A stretch of DNA of 64,000 nucleotides, from the NCBI GenBank assembly GCA_046348915.1, contig JAXMDH010000037.1:1004-65003 (forward strand), written 5' to 3'. The notes below the pieces were generated by a model, which did not search any database, was not told the origin of the DNA, and was given only the letters and a program-made list of their open reading frames with translations. Positions 23,263 through 33,771 of the stretch are shown in pieces. Position numbers and translations under genes: made by a program. Each line of letters begins with the position of its first letter. The stretch's first letter is position 1. This stretch comes from Amaricoccus sp. (GTDB lineage Bacteria; Pseudomonadota; Alphaproteobacteria; Rhodobacterales; Rhodobacteraceae).

Positions 23263-24369
23263 CTAGAGCGCCGCTCCGCTGGTCGGGTCGAAGAGGTGCA
23301 TGTGGTCCATGTGGGCGTGCAACCGCAGCGCCGTCCCCGGCGCCGGCGTCGACGCCGAGGTCACGCGCGCGATCACCTCGCCCTTGCCGAGCCGGCTGAA
23401 GACGAGCTTCTCCGACCCCAGCGGCTCGGTGATCTCGACCGTCAGGTCGACCGGCACCGCGGCGTCGTTGCTGCCCCGCTCCTCGCTCCAGGTGTTGGTC
23501 AGATCCTCGGGCCGGATGCCTAGGACGACCTCGCGTCCCGCGTGCGGGCGGTACCGGTCGAGGAGCACCGCCGGGACCTTCAGCGCCGGGCCGTCGATCG
23601 GTACCACCGCGAGGCCGTCGGCGTCGGCGACGAGCTTCGCGTCGAGAAAGTTCATCGTCGGCGATCCGATGAAGCCGGCGATGAAGCGGTTTGCCGGCCG
23701 TGCGTAGAGGTCGTCGGGCGAGCCGACCTGCTCGATGTTGCCGTCCCGGAGCGCGATGATCCGGTCGGCCAGCGTCATGGCCTCGGTCTGGTCGTGGGTC
23801 ACGTAGACGCTCGTTCCGCGAAAGGCGAGGTGCAGGCGCTTGATCTGGGTGCGCATCTCGACGCGGAGCTTGGCGTCGAGATTCGAGAGCGGCTCGTCGA
23901 ACAGGAACAGCGCCGGCTCGCGCGCGATCGCCCGCCCGATCGCCACCCGCTGCCGCTGGCCGCCCGAGAGCTGCTTCGGCTTGCGGTCGAGGAGCTGGCC
24001 GATCTGCAGGATGTCGGCGGTCTTTGCCACCGCCTTGTCGACCTCGGCCCGCGGTGTCCCTCGCATCTTCAGCCCGAAGCCGAGGTTCTGCCGCACCGTC
24101 ATGTGCGGGTAGAGGGCGTAGTCCTGGAACACCATCGCGATGTCGCGGTCACGCGGCGCGTCGTCGTTGACGACCCGGCCGTTCACTGCGATCTCGCCGC
24201 CGGTGATCGGCTCGAGCCCGGCGATCATCCGGAGGATCGTCGACTTGCCGCAGCCCGAGGGGCCGACGAGGACGATGAACTCGCCGTCCCTGATCTCGAA
24301 GTTCACCCCGTGCACCACCTCGAGCGCGCCATAGCGCTTGACGAGGTTCCGGATCGCGACCTGCGCCAT
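23263..24369 (-). CDS. Carbohydrate ABC transporter ATP-binding subunit (MalK/UgpC type)
   Basis: GPSGCGKS, LSGGQRQRVAIGR, DEPLSNLDAKLR, TOBE tail. Confidence 0.95.
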   Translation of the reverse strand: MAQVAIRNLVKRYGALEVVHGVNFEIRDGEFIVLVGPSGCGKSTILRMIAGLEPITGGEIAVNGRVVNDDAPRDRDIAMVFQDYALYPHMTVRQNLGFGLKMRGTPRAEVDKAVAKTADILQIGQLLDRKPKQLSGGQRQRVAIGRAIAREPALFLFDEPLSNLDAKLRVEMRTQIKRLHLAFRGTSVYVTHDQTEAMTLADRIIALRDGNIEQVGSPDDLYARPANRFIAGFIGSPTMNFLDAKLVADADGLAVVPIDGPALKVPAVLLDRYRPHAGREVVLGIRPEDLTNTWSEERGSNDAAVPVDLTVEITEPLGSEKLVFSRLGKGEVIARVTSASTPAPGTALRLHAHMDHMHLFDPTSGAAL

Positions 24370-24372
24370 CGC

Positions 24373-27300
24373 TCAGCCCCCCTCGACCGTCCAGCTGTGC
24401 ACCTTGAACGGCAGGAACCACCGCTCCGGCTCGCCGGCATCCTCCTCGAGCAGGTCGACCTCGCGTCCGAGCCGCCACCCGTCGGGCAGCGTCACCTGGA
24501 CAACGCCCCGCGCTCCGGCCGGCTCGTAGGTTCGCAGGACGAGCTTCCCGCCGTCCTCCGCCGGCTTGAACCCGGAGAGCCCGAGCTGCATCCCGTCGAT
24601 CTTCGCCGCGGTCCACGCCGCGTCACCCGCGGCCTTCACCGCTTGCCCGAGAAGCGGCCGGTTCAGCTCCTCGGCCTCCGCGAGCACGCCCCCGGCCAGC
24701 CAATCGCCGGCGTGCGGGAACAAGGCGTAAGTGAAGGCCTGCTTCCCCTCGTCGGCCAGCGGGTCCGGGTAGACCGGCGATCGCAGCAGGCTCAGGCCGA
24801 GCTCGCTGCCGATGACGTGGTGACCGTACTTGCCGTCGTTGAGGAGCGCCACGCCGTAGCCCTGCTCGGAGAGGTCGGCGAAGCGGTGGGCGGCCACCTC
24901 GAAGCGGGCAACGTCCCAGGAGGTGTTGCGGTGCGTCGCGCGGCGGATCACGCCGTGGGCGCATTCGAAGGTGGCAAAGTCGGAGCGGATCGCGAGCGGG
25001 AAGCGCGCCTTGAGGAGGAAGCGCCGCTCGTGCCAGTCGATCTCGGTCGCGACGTCGAGGCGCGCGGAGTTCGCCCAGAGGCGGTAGATCTGGGTGATCG
25101 TGCTGTCGCGGAAGGTCCGGACCACCCGGATCGCCGCGCGGTGCGGGCCCTTTTCCACCAGCTCGACCGAGGAGGCCTTCAGCTCTTCCCCCTGGTCGAC
25201 GTAGTTGTCTTCCAGATCCCAGGCATCCCAGTTCCGCGGCTTGTCGACGTAGGCCCAGATCTGGTTGCCGCGGTCCGCCAGCGCCTCTCGCCCGGCCCGC
25301 TTGTCGAAGAAGCTTCCGATCGTTCCGTCGTCGCGGACCTCGATCCGGCAGAGCGCGTTCTCGAGGTAGCCGTCTCCGGCCGAGAGCCCCGGCGTCGGTT
25401 GCGGGTCCACCACCACCCTTGCCGTCAGCCCCGCAACCATGTCGTCGGTCGCGATCACGCTCCCGCCCTCCACCGCCTGGCCCTCGGGCAGCGCTTCTGG
25501 CGAAAAGAGCCGGAGCGGCCGAGGCGAGAGGTCGGGGTTGACCGCGAGGACGCCGGGCCGGTCGCCGGCCGGCACTACCTTTGCGGCGATCACTTCGAGC
25601 TTCGCGGCGCTCACGGAATTGCCGGCCGCCGCGACCCCGTCCAGCTCCTCCTCGGCAAGCTGGTAGACCTCGCGGATACTCGACCCCGGCAGGATGTCGT
25701 GGAACTCGTTCCGCAGGAGCACGCGCCAGTGCCGCTCCAGCGACTCCGCCACGGGTGCCCCGAGGAGCGTCGCCATCGAAGACAGCGTCTCGGCCGCGAT
25801 CAGCGCCCGCTCGGCCTGGCGGTGCTTGATCTTGGTTTTGCCCTGCGTCGTCAGGGTGCCGCGGTGGAGCTCGAGGTACATCTCGCCGACCCAGACCGGC
25901 AGGCGCTTGTCGTCCGCGACGGCTGCGTGCGCCTTGGCATACCAGTCGGCAATCTTCGTCGGCCGGAGGGCGGGCACCACGGGAAAGTCGGCGAGCTGCC
26001 GCTGGCGGTCGAGCATCTCCTCCGTCGGGCCGCCGCCTCCGTCGCCGTAGCCGAAGGCGAGGAGGCTCTCGCCGAAGTGGTGCTTGCCGCGGTAGTTCTT
26101 CCAGGTCTCCAGCACGGCGCGCGCACCGGTCTCGGCGTTGTAGCCGCCTACCGGGTTGTTGAAGGTGTGGGCGAGCACGCGGCTGCCGTCGAGGCCTTCC
26201 CACCAGAAGAGGTCGTAGGGCATCGCGTTGGTCTCGGACCAGTTCACCTTGATGGTGAAGAAGTTCGTGACGCCGGCGAGCCGGAGGAGCTGCGGGAGCG
26301 CCGGGGAGAAGCCGAAGCAGTCGGGCAGCCAGCAGACGTCGTGGCGGCTGCCGAACATCCGCTCGAAGTAGCGCTGGCCGTAGAGGAGCTGGCGGCAGAA
26401 GCTCTCGCCGGTCGGCATGTTGGTGTCGGGCTCGACCCACATCGCGCCGGTCGGCTCCCACTGGCCGGCGGCGACCTTCTCCTTGATCCGCTCGAGCAGG
26501 CTCGGGTCGTCCTCCTCGAGGAAGGCGTAGAGCTGGGCCGTGGAGGCGTTGAAGATGAAGTCCGGATGGCGGTCCATCAGCGAGATCATCGTCGAGAAGG
26601 TGCGGTTGGCCTTCCGCCGGGTCTCGGCGAGCGGCCAGAGCCAGGCAAGGTCGATGTGGGCATGGCCGGTGAGGGCAAGCTTGCCGTTCTGGGGATAACG
26701 GTCCCTGAGGGCGCGCAGGCGGTCGACGAGGAAGGCGTGCGCCTTCGCGACGCTCTCGCGGTGGGCGGCCGCGAGGCCGGCGGGGGCGAGGTCGAGGTCG
26801 ACCGGAAGCTCCCAGATCCGCTGCGACTCGACGCTCGGGGCGACGCGGGCGACGTAGGCGAGGGTGGCGCTCGGCCAGTCGAGCATCGCAAGGGCGTCCT
26901 CGACCGCGGCGAGCATCGGCGAGACGGCTTCGTGGCCGTCGAGCTCGTGGGCGGCGTCGGCCACCTGCGTGATCAGCAGGACGAGCTCGGCGAGGGCCGG
27001 GTCGAGGCGGATCAGGCGGGCGCGGGCGAGGGCGGCCGCGCGATGGGGGACGCCGAAGGGGAGGCGGGCGACGCAGTCGGCAGAGACGTCGAAGCGGCGG
27101 GCCTTGACCGGGAAGCGCTCGTGATTGGGATCGAGGCCGAACGCCTCGCCGGTGCCGTCGGGATAGGCGATGCGCAGCAGGCCCTCGCCGCCGAGGTTCA
27201 CGTCGAGGCGGGTTTCGTCGAGCGGCCAGTCGGCGGGGACCTCGACGCCGGCAAGCGCGAGCTTCACGACTCCCTCGCGGGTCGGCCAGGCGGCGCCGTG

Positions 27301-27426
27301 GGCATGCGGCTGGCCGTCGAAGGTCCAGCCTTCGAGCGGCAGCTCGGCGGCGACGGTCCAGAGCTCGAGCTCGGTCAGCCGCTTTCTCAGCCGGTCGGTG
27401 CGTTGACGGTCGTTCAGGGTCATCAT
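24373..27426 (-). CDS. GH38 alpha-mannosidase
   Basis: GHAHIDLAWLWP, WVEPDTNMP, WLPDCFG, GYGDGGGGP, GEMYLELHRGT, NEFHDILPGSS, LSLLRSP. Confidence 0.93.
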   Translation of the reverse strand: MMTLNDRQRTDRLRKRLTELELWTVAAELPLEGWTFDGQPHAHGAAWPTREGVVKLALAGVEVPADWPLDETRLDVNLGGEGLLRIAYPDGTGEAFGLDPNHERFPVKARRFDVSADCVARLPFGVPHRAAALARARLIRLDPALAELVLLITQVADAAHELDGHEAVSPMLAAVEDALAMLDWPSATLAYVARVAPSVESQRIWELPVDLDLAPAGLAAAHRESVAKAHAFLVDRLRALRDRYPQNGKLALTGHAHIDLAWLWPLAETRRKANRTFSTMISLMDRHPDFIFNASTAQLYAFLEEDDPSLLERIKEKVAAGQWEPTGAMWVEPDTNMPTGESFCRQLLYGQRYFERMFGSRHDVCWLPDCFGFSPALPQLLRLAGVTNFFTIKVNWSETNAMPYDLFWWEGLDGSRVLAHTFNNPVGGYNAETGARAVLETWKNYRGKHHFGESLLAFGYGDGGGGPTEEMLDRQRQLADFPVVPALRPTKIADWYAKAHAAVADDKRLPVWVGEMYLELHRGTLTTQGKTKIKHRQAERALIAAETLSSMATLLGAPVAESLERHWRVLLRNEFHDILPGSSIREVYQLAEEELDGVAAAGNSVSAAKLEVIAAKVVPAGDRPGVLAVNPDLSPRPLRLFSPEALPEGQAVEGGSVIATDDMVAGLTARVVVDPQPTPGLSAGDGYLENALCRIEVRDDGTIGSFFDKRAGREALADRGNQIWAYVDKPRNWDAWDLEDNYVDQGEELKASSVELVEKGPHRAAIRVVRTFRDSTITQIYRLWANSARLDVATEIDWHERRFLLKARFPLAIRSDFATFECAHGVIRRATHRNTSWDVARFEVAAHRFADLSEQGYGVALLNDGKYGHHVIGSELGLSLLRSPVYPDPLADEGKQAFTYALFPHAGDWLAGGVLAEAEELNRPLLGQAVKAAGDAAWTAAKIDGMQLGLSGFKPAEDGGKLVLRTYEPAGARGVVQVTLPDGWRLGREVDLLEEDAGEPERWFLPFKVHSWTVEGG

Positions 27427-27434
27427 GCGGTCCT

Positions 27435-29699
27435 TCAGCCGGCGTAGTCGTCCTCGCCGGAACGGTGGAAAAGTCCTCCCGGAGCCGAGCCGGGATCTTC
27501 GATGCGGCCGTCGGCGACGTTGCGCAGCATCGCCGGGCCCCAGAGGCCGCGCGGGGGGACGGGACCCCAGCCGGGGCGGTGCATGCCCTCGTAGCGGTCG
27601 AAGACGACGAGGGGCTGCGCGGCCTGGGCGAGGGATTGCGCCATCACGGCGTCGGGGAGGTCGCCGAAGCCGAGGGTAAAGGCGAAGCGGTGGACGCCCT
27701 GGTCGCTGTGCTGGTCGCGGCCGGCGTAGGTCTTCGGGTTGCCGCCGCCCCAGGCCATGCGCGGGCTCCGGAGCAGCGTCTGGGTCCAGAAGGCGCCGTC
27801 GAGGCTGTGGCTGTAGCAATCGCTGGTGACGAGGCCGACATCGGTGCCGGCGACCCGGACGCGCGACCAGCCGAGGAAGGGCCATTCGGCGGCGGAGGGT
27901 GCGCGCTCGATGCACGCGCCGGCGAGGCCGTCGGTCCAGCGCTCGGCGGGGGCGGCGAGGGCCATCGGCATCTGCAGGAGGGCGTGGCGCTCGTCGAAGT
28001 TGACTTCGAGCCCGAGGTGGAGCGCCGGCTCGCCGCGGCAGAGGCTGACGGTCAGCCGGATGCGCGAGGTGCCGAGGCGGCCGTCGAGGCGGGCCCGGAC
28101 ACGCAGGGGGCCGGTCTCCTCGACGTGCCAGTCGTCGCCGGCAAGGGTGGCGATGCCCTGCTCCTCCCAGCGGTCGGTGTGGAAGGTCCAGGTGTCGGTG
28201 GTGTCGCGCCGGAGCTGGAGTCGGAGGCTGTCGAGAAGCTCGACGCCGTCGAGCGCGACGGCGCCGAGGCCGCCGCTCCTGAGGGCGACGGTGACGCGGC
28301 CGTTCGAGAGCGCGTCGCGGATGACAGCGAGGTCGGTGGCGACCTCCGCCTCAGGCCGTGGACCGGCGTGAACCTGGAACTGCCGGCTGCCTGCGGCCGG
28401 GACGTCGGCCTCGACGAGGATGCGCGGAATCAGCTGGTTCGAGCCGGGCTGCACTTCCTGGAAAGCAACCGGCGTGCCGGTCTCGTCGCTGATCCAGCGG
28501 TCGTTCCAGTCGTCGAAGTCGAGGTAGGGCTCGGCCTCGACGAAGGCGTGCCGCGGCGCCTCGTGGGTGTTGAGGACGACGATCTGGTGCGCGTCGACCC
28601 GGGGGAGGGTGCGGTAGGACCAGCGGCGGGTGAGGTCGTAGAGCACCTCCTCGCCGGCGATGCGGGCGCGGCCCTGCATGGCGCGGACGCTTTCCCAGGC
28701 GGCGGGGATCGAGGTGCCGGTCAGGATGTCGTGGAACTCGGTGAAGAGGAGGTCGGGCCAGGCGGCGTCGATCCGTGCCAGCGCGGCCTCGCGCTCGGCC
28801 GCGTCGCCGGCGAGGGCGTGGGTGGCGGTCTCGGCCTGTACCAGCAGCTCCTCGCCGTGGCGCTGCGCGGACTTCACGTCGTGCATCACGCTGTAGCAGC
28901 CCGGGAAGCAGTGCTGCAGCTCGGTCGTGACCACCGGCAGCTCGCCGCTGTGGGGGGCGATGGCGTCGAAGTAGGCGTCGGGATGCGAGAAGACGAGCTC
29001 GTGGCCGTCGAAGTCGCGGTTGGCGAGGATCCACTCGATCATCGCCTTCGAGGGGCCGCCGCCGTGGTTGCCGACGCCGTAGAAGCACATGACGTGGCCG
29101 AGCGCCTCGTCCGTGCTTTCGACGGCGAGACGGACCTGGCCGCCGAGGTCGGCGAAGTTCGCGACGTAGCCCGGGACGATACGGAAGGCGGTGACTCGCG
29201 AGCCGCCGACCCCTTGCCAGGTAAAGACATTTGCGGGGAGGGGGACCTGGTGCTGCTCGGGGCGGCGGAAGACGTAGGCGCGGTAGCCGTGGCTCGCGAG
29301 GATGTCGGGAAGGCTCGCGGTGTGGCCGAAGCTGTCGACGTTGTAGCCTACGGTCGGGGCGATTCCGAAGCGGTCGCGGAAGTAGCGCTGGCCGTGCTCG
29401 ATCTGGCGATGGAGGCCGGCGGCGGTGGGAAGGTTCAGGTCGGGCTGGATGAACTGGCCGCCGGTCACGTGCCACTGGCCGCGCTCGACCAGCAGCTGAA
29501 TTCGCTTGAAGAGATCGGGGCGCACGCGCTCGGCCTGCTGGTAGAGCCAGGCCTCGCCGCGGGTGAAGACGAAATCGGGGCACTCGTCGCAGCGGTCGGC
29601 CATCGAGGCGGCGGTTGCGAGCGCCTCGTCGGCGCCGGCCTGCCAGGGCCAGAGCCACACCGGGTCGATGTGGGCGTTGGCGATCATGTGGACGCGCAT
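27435..29699 (-). CDS. Second GH38-family glycoside hydrolase
   Basis: NAHIDPVWLW, QPDLNLP, NVDSFGH, YGVGNHGGGP, TEFHDILTGTS. Confidence 0.88.
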   Translation of the reverse strand: MRVHMIANAHIDPVWLWPWQAGADEALATAASMADRCDECPDFVFTRGEAWLYQQAERVRPDLFKRIQLLVERGQWHVTGGQFIQPDLNLPTAAGLHRQIEHGQRYFRDRFGIAPTVGYNVDSFGHTASLPDILASHGYRAYVFRRPEQHQVPLPANVFTWQGVGGSRVTAFRIVPGYVANFADLGGQVRLAVESTDEALGHVMCFYGVGNHGGGPSKAMIEWILANRDFDGHELVFSHPDAYFDAIAPHSGELPVVTTELQHCFPGCYSVMHDVKSAQRHGEELLVQAETATHALAGDAAEREAALARIDAAWPDLLFTEFHDILTGTSIPAAWESVRAMQGRARIAGEEVLYDLTRRWSYRTLPRVDAHQIVVLNTHEAPRHAFVEAEPYLDFDDWNDRWISDETGTPVAFQEVQPGSNQLIPRILVEADVPAAGSRQFQVHAGPRPEAEVATDLAVIRDALSNGRVTVALRSGGLGAVALDGVELLDSLRLQLRRDTTDTWTFHTDRWEEQGIATLAGDDWHVEETGPLRVRARLDGRLGTSRIRLTVSLCRGEPALHLGLEVNFDERHALLQMPMALAAPAERWTDGLAGACIERAPSAAEWPFLGWSRVRVAGTDVGLVTSDCYSHSLDGAFWTQTLLRSPRMAWGGGNPKTYAGRDQHSDQGVHRFAFTLGFGDLPDAVMAQSLAQAAQPLVVFDRYEGMHRPGWGPVPPRGLWGPAMLRNVADGRIEDPGSAPGGLFHRSGEDDYAG

Positions 29700-29749
29700 C
29701 AGCGGATTCCGTGGCCGGCGAGCGCGGCACCCTTGTCGCGTTCGTCGGG

Positions 29750-29940
29750 CGGGGACGAGGGGCGGAGGCGGCGCGGAGGCGCTTTGGCGCCTGTCGCCGC
29801 ATGCGCGGCTCGGCCTTCAGGCCAGAGGTGGGCGCCCTTGCTCTCCATGCCCGGATGGCTCGGCCTTGGCCCGAGGGGGGCCCTCGCCGGCCCCCCTCGA
29901 CCCCCCCGGCACTGCCCGATAAGTTCAAGGGAAGAAAGGC
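29750..29940 (-). repeat. ~190-bp dispersed structured repeat, copy 2 (inverted relative to copy 1)
   Basis: Reverse complement aligns block by block with 15577-15766. Confidence 0.8.
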
Positions 29941-29973
29941 AGAAAGGGGCGGCGGCTCGGGGCATTCCGCGGC

Positions 29974-30816
29974 TCATCCCTTCACCGCGCCGGCCATCAG
30001 CGCGCCGATGATGAAGCGCTGCAGCAGCAGGAAGACGATGACGGCGGGCACGATCGACAGCACGCTGGCGGCAGCGAGGATCTGGGTCGAGGTCTGGTTG
30101 TAGCTGCCCTGGAAGTTGAAGATGCCGACGGCGATCGGCAAGAGCGTCGGCTTCGAGAGCAGGATGAAGGGGATGATGAACTGCGACCAGCCGAGGATCG
30201 CGTTCAGGACGAAGGCGGAGGTGAGGCCGGGCAGGCTCAGGGGCAGCACCACGCGCAGGAAGGCGCCCCAGCGGGTGCAGCCGTCGATCATCGCCGCCTC
30301 TTCCAGGCTCTGCGGGATGCCGTCGAGGAAGCCCTTCAGCATCCAGGTGAAGAGCGGGGCGGCGACCGCGACGTAGATGAAGCCGGCGGCGAGCAGGCTG
30401 TCGAGCATGCCGGCGCGGTCCATGTAGCGGTAGAGCGGCACCATGATCACCAGGGGCGAGATCATCTGGAAGGCGAGGAGGCCGATCATCGCGAGGTTGC
30501 GGTTGCGGAAGCGGAAGCGCGACAGCGCGTAGGCGGCGGGGGTGGCGAAGAGCATGGCGCCGATGGCGCCGCCGACGGCGAGCTTGAGGCCGTTGAGGAG
30601 GTAGGTGACGAAGAGCGGGTTCGAGAGCGCCTTACCGTAGTTCTCGAGGGTCGGGGCGAGCGGCCAGAGGCGGATGTTGTTGACGTAGACCTCGGCGGGG
30701 GTGCGGATCGAGAGCGAGAAGATCCAGAGCAGCGGTCCGGCGAAGAAGAGGAAGATCAGCGCATAGGCGACGTAGGTCCAGACGTCGGCGATGCGTGCGC
30801 GGCGGGTCGCGGACAT
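29974..30816 (-). CDS. Carbohydrate ABC transporter permease (MalG type)
   Basis: IPQSLEEAAMIDGCTRWGAF EAA motif; six TM segments. Confidence 0.94.
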   Translation of the reverse strand: MSATRRARIADVWTYVAYALIFLFFAGPLLWIFSLSIRTPAEVYVNNIRLWPLAPTLENYGKALSNPLFVTYLLNGLKLAVGGAIGAMLFATPAAYALSRFRFRNRNLAMIGLLAFQMISPLVIMVPLYRYMDRAGMLDSLLAAGFIYVAVAAPLFTWMLKGFLDGIPQSLEEAAMIDGCTRWGAFLRVVLPLSLPGLTSAFVLNAILGWSQFIIPFILLSKPTLLPIAVGIFNFQGSYNQTSTQILAAASVLSIVPAVIVFLLLQRFIIGALMAGAVKG

Positions 30817-30817
30817 C

Positions 30818-31736
30818 TCACTCCTCCTTCGGCAGGAGCCGGATGTAGAGGGCGGTGAAGATCAGGCTGATGACGAGCATCAGCACCGCCAGCACCGCCC
30901 CGTTCGAAGGTCGAAGTTCGGAAGATGGTGTTGTAGGCGTAGAGCGCCAGCACCTCGGTCGCGCGCCCCGGTCCGCCGCCGGTGAGGGCAGGATCAGGTC
31001 GAAGGTGTTGAGCGTGGCGATGGTGATGAGGATGGTGTTGATGAGCAGGATCGGCCGGAGCTGCGGCAGGGTGATGTACCAGAGCTGCTTCAAGGCGGTG
31101 GCGCCGTCGACCGAGGCGGCCTCGTAGAGGCTGCGCGGGATGACGAGGAGCCCGGCGTAGAGCAGGATCATCGAGAAGGCCGTGCCGCGCCAGACGTTGG
31201 CGATGACCGCCGACCAGATCGCGATCTGCGGGTCGGACAGCCAGGCGACGACGGGGAGGCCTGCCATCTTCAGGAGGGCGTTGAAGAAGCCGTAGCTCGC
31301 CTCGTTGAAGACATCAGCTGCCAGACGATGCCCGAGGCGATGCCTGGGACGATCCACGAGCAGAGGATGACGACGCGGATGAAGGAGACGCCGGGGAGGC
31401 CGCGCAGCATGCCGCGGTGGAGGGCGAGGGCGACGAGGAGGCCGAGGGTGAGCTGCAGCACGACGCTCGCGACCACGAAGAGCACCGTCACCCAGAGGAT
31501 GCCGGGCAGGTCGGGGTTGGTGAGCTGGGCGCGGTAGGTGTCGAGGGTGTAGCTGAAGTCCGGGTTCAGCAGCGTCGCGTCGGTGAAGCTGTAGCGGATG
31601 ACCTGCAGCGCCGGCCAGACGTAGGTGAGCAGGAGGAGGAGCGCGAGCGGCAGCAGCCACACGAGCGGCCGCTCGGCAGGCCGCACCCGGCTGCGCGCCC
31701 GGCGGGAGCCGTGCCTGCGTGGACGATGTCGCTCAT
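30818..31736 (-). pseudogene. Carbohydrate ABC permease (MalF type), frameshifted (real or assembly error)
   Basis: Pieces in different frames: RPLVWLLPLALL..., WLSDPQIAIWSAVIANVWRG, YEAASVDGA, LALYAYNTIF. Confidence 0.8.
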
Positions 31737-31755
31737 TCTTCCCCCGGGGAGAGAA

Positions 31756-31780
31756 CGGGCGGGGGCGCTGCCCCCGCCCG
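31756..31780. terminator. GC-rich stem-loop between binding-protein and permease genes (terminator or mRNA stabiliser)
   Basis: CGGGCGGGGGC-gct-GCCCCCGCCCG perfect inverted repeat. Confidence 0.55.
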
Positions 31781-31785
31781 CCTGT

Positions 31786-33093
31786 TCAACCCTTCTTGTA
31801 GGCGGCCATCGTGCGGTCGTAGGCGCCGTTGAGCGCGTCCTCGGGCGACTTCGAGCCGGAGAGGACCTCGCCCATCATGATCTGGATCTGGTTCGAGATC
31901 TCCGGGTAGATCGGCACGCCGGGCCGGGCGTGGCCGTGCACGAGGTAGTCCTTGAGCTGGGCGTAGTAGGGATCCTGGAACTTGGGCAGGCTCGCGAAGA
32001 GCGACTGCCGGGTCGGAAGATCCCCGCCGGCCTCGTTCGCCGGGCCCATGTAGACCTCGCGCATGATCGAGGCGCAGGCCTTGGTCTTGTCCGGGCGTCC
32101 TTGGAGAAGTCGGCGACGGTCCAGCCGCCGGTGCCGGTGGCGCGCTCGTCCTTGGTCGGCCCCGGGAGCTCGGCGATCAGCCACTTAGAGGCGGCTTCCG
32201 GCGTCATCGCCTCGCCGAGCTGGAAGTGCTGCCAGTGGCCGCCGAAGAACATCGCGGTCGAGCCCGCCTGCGCCGCGGCGTTGAAGTCGTCGTAGGTCTT
32301 GATCGTCGCGACCCGCTTCGGGGCGGCGCCCGGAGTCGACGAGGTCCTTGAAGTAGTTGAGGGCCTTCAGCATCTTCTCCTTGTTCTCGCCCTCGCCGAA
32401 GATGGGCTTCCCCTCGGCGTCGACGAGCTCCTCCCTGCGCCCAGAAGTTGGCCAGCCAGTCGAAGGTGGTCCCCTCCCAGCGGCCGCCGTTGAAGAGGAC
32501 GCCGTCGACGCCGGTCTTCGACGCCTCGAGCGCGGTCGCCTTCAGCTCGTCCCAGGTCTGCGGCACCGTCTTCACGATGTCGGAGTTGTAGTAGAGGACG
32601 CGCAGGTCGGTGCCCCACCACCAGGCGTAGATGTGGCCGTCGGGACCGGTGATGCCTTCCTTGATGAAGGGGAAGAGGTCGTCGATCTCCTCCTTGGTGA
32701 AGAACTCGTCGAGCGGCTGCAGTACGCCGTTCTTCACGAAGAGTGCCAGCTGGAACAGGTCGACCGTGACGCAGTCGGGCGCGCGGCCGGCGCGCGCCTG
32801 CTCGAGCAGGCGGGCGTGCTCGGCGCCGATGTCCTGGCTGAAGTATTCGACGTTGACCTGCCAGTCGGGGTGCGCCTCGGCCCACTTCTCCCAGGCGGCG
32901 GCGTGCTTCTCGCCGATCTCCTTGTGCGGGTTGTTGCCCGGCGACTGGTCGGGGTTCATCCGCATCGTCAGCGTGTTCGGCGCGTCGGGCTTGCCGATGT
33001 GGTCCGGCGTAATCAGGCCCTGCGCCATCGCACCGGCCGCGAGGCCGGCGAGCATGGTCGACGCGAGCATGGCGATCGTACCGATCTCAGCAT
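31786..33093 (-). pseudogene. Sugar ABC substrate-binding protein, frameshifted (real or assembly error)
   Basis: GGGAGGAG RBS; signal peptide; GPDGHIYAWWWGTDLRVLYYN, PQTWDEL, HARPGVPIYPEIS distributed over several frames. Confidence 0.8.
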
Positions 33094-33293
33094 CAAGTGG
33101 TCTCCTCCCCATCGCTGCGGTCTTTTCGGTTCGCCCGACGATCCGGGCCCGGCGGGTTCGCGCAGCGATCCATTTCCCGGCCGGGGCGAGCTTATGCGAA
33201 GGAAACCGGCTCGGCAACGCGCAATCGCGCCCTCGACGCGCGGGCCGATCCGTCGCATGTTCGAGGCTCGTGACGATCGGGAGGAGGCGACGC

Positions 33294-33537
33294 ATGGGCG
33301 GCGAACCTGACGCGCTGGACAAGCGACTTCAGAGCCTGCAGCGGGGGATCGACGCGGCGCGGGCGCAGCCGCGGGCGCGAGGATTTCGAGCAGGACGAGG
33401 TCGGCGACGTGCTGGCCACGATCAAGGACTTCGAGGCGGTCAGCCACGAGGATGCGGCCAAGGCGCATGCCGCCTACGACCGGATCGAAGCCCGGCTCGC
33501 CGAGCTGCAGCCGCTTCTCGGCGTGCTGCCGCGCTGA
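33294..33537 (+). CDS. Small helical hypothetical protein, apparently frameshifted
   Basis: GGAGGAGG RBS; MGGEPDALDKRLQSLQRGIDAAR then, in another frame, FEQDEVGDVLATIKDFEAV...LAELQPLLGVLPR*; span is 244 nt (not a multiple of 3). Confidence 0.5.
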
Positions 33538-33540
33538 GGA

Positions 33541-33771
33541 TCAGCCCGGGGGCGTCGCGTCGGCGAGACGCAGCACGGCCGCGTGGGCGATCGGGCTGAG
33601 CGCGCCGCCGCCAGCCACGTAGGCCGCGATGGCGGCGCGCATGCGCGGATCCCAGAATCGCGCGATGTGGTCGGCGGTTGCGTCGATCGCGCGCGCGTCA
33701 CCCTGCACGGCCAGGTTGCGGGCGATCTGGTTCGCCATGAGCGCGAGCTTGTCAGCCTGCGGCGCGGACAT
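33541..33771 (-). CDS. fdsD: Formate dehydrogenase delta subunit
   Basis: [12 protein letters not shown]...[13 protein letters not shown]. Confidence 0.92.
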   Translation of the reverse strand: MSAPQADKLALMANQIARNLAVQGDARAIDATADHIARFWDPRMRAAIAAYVAGGGALSPIAHAAVLRLADATPPG

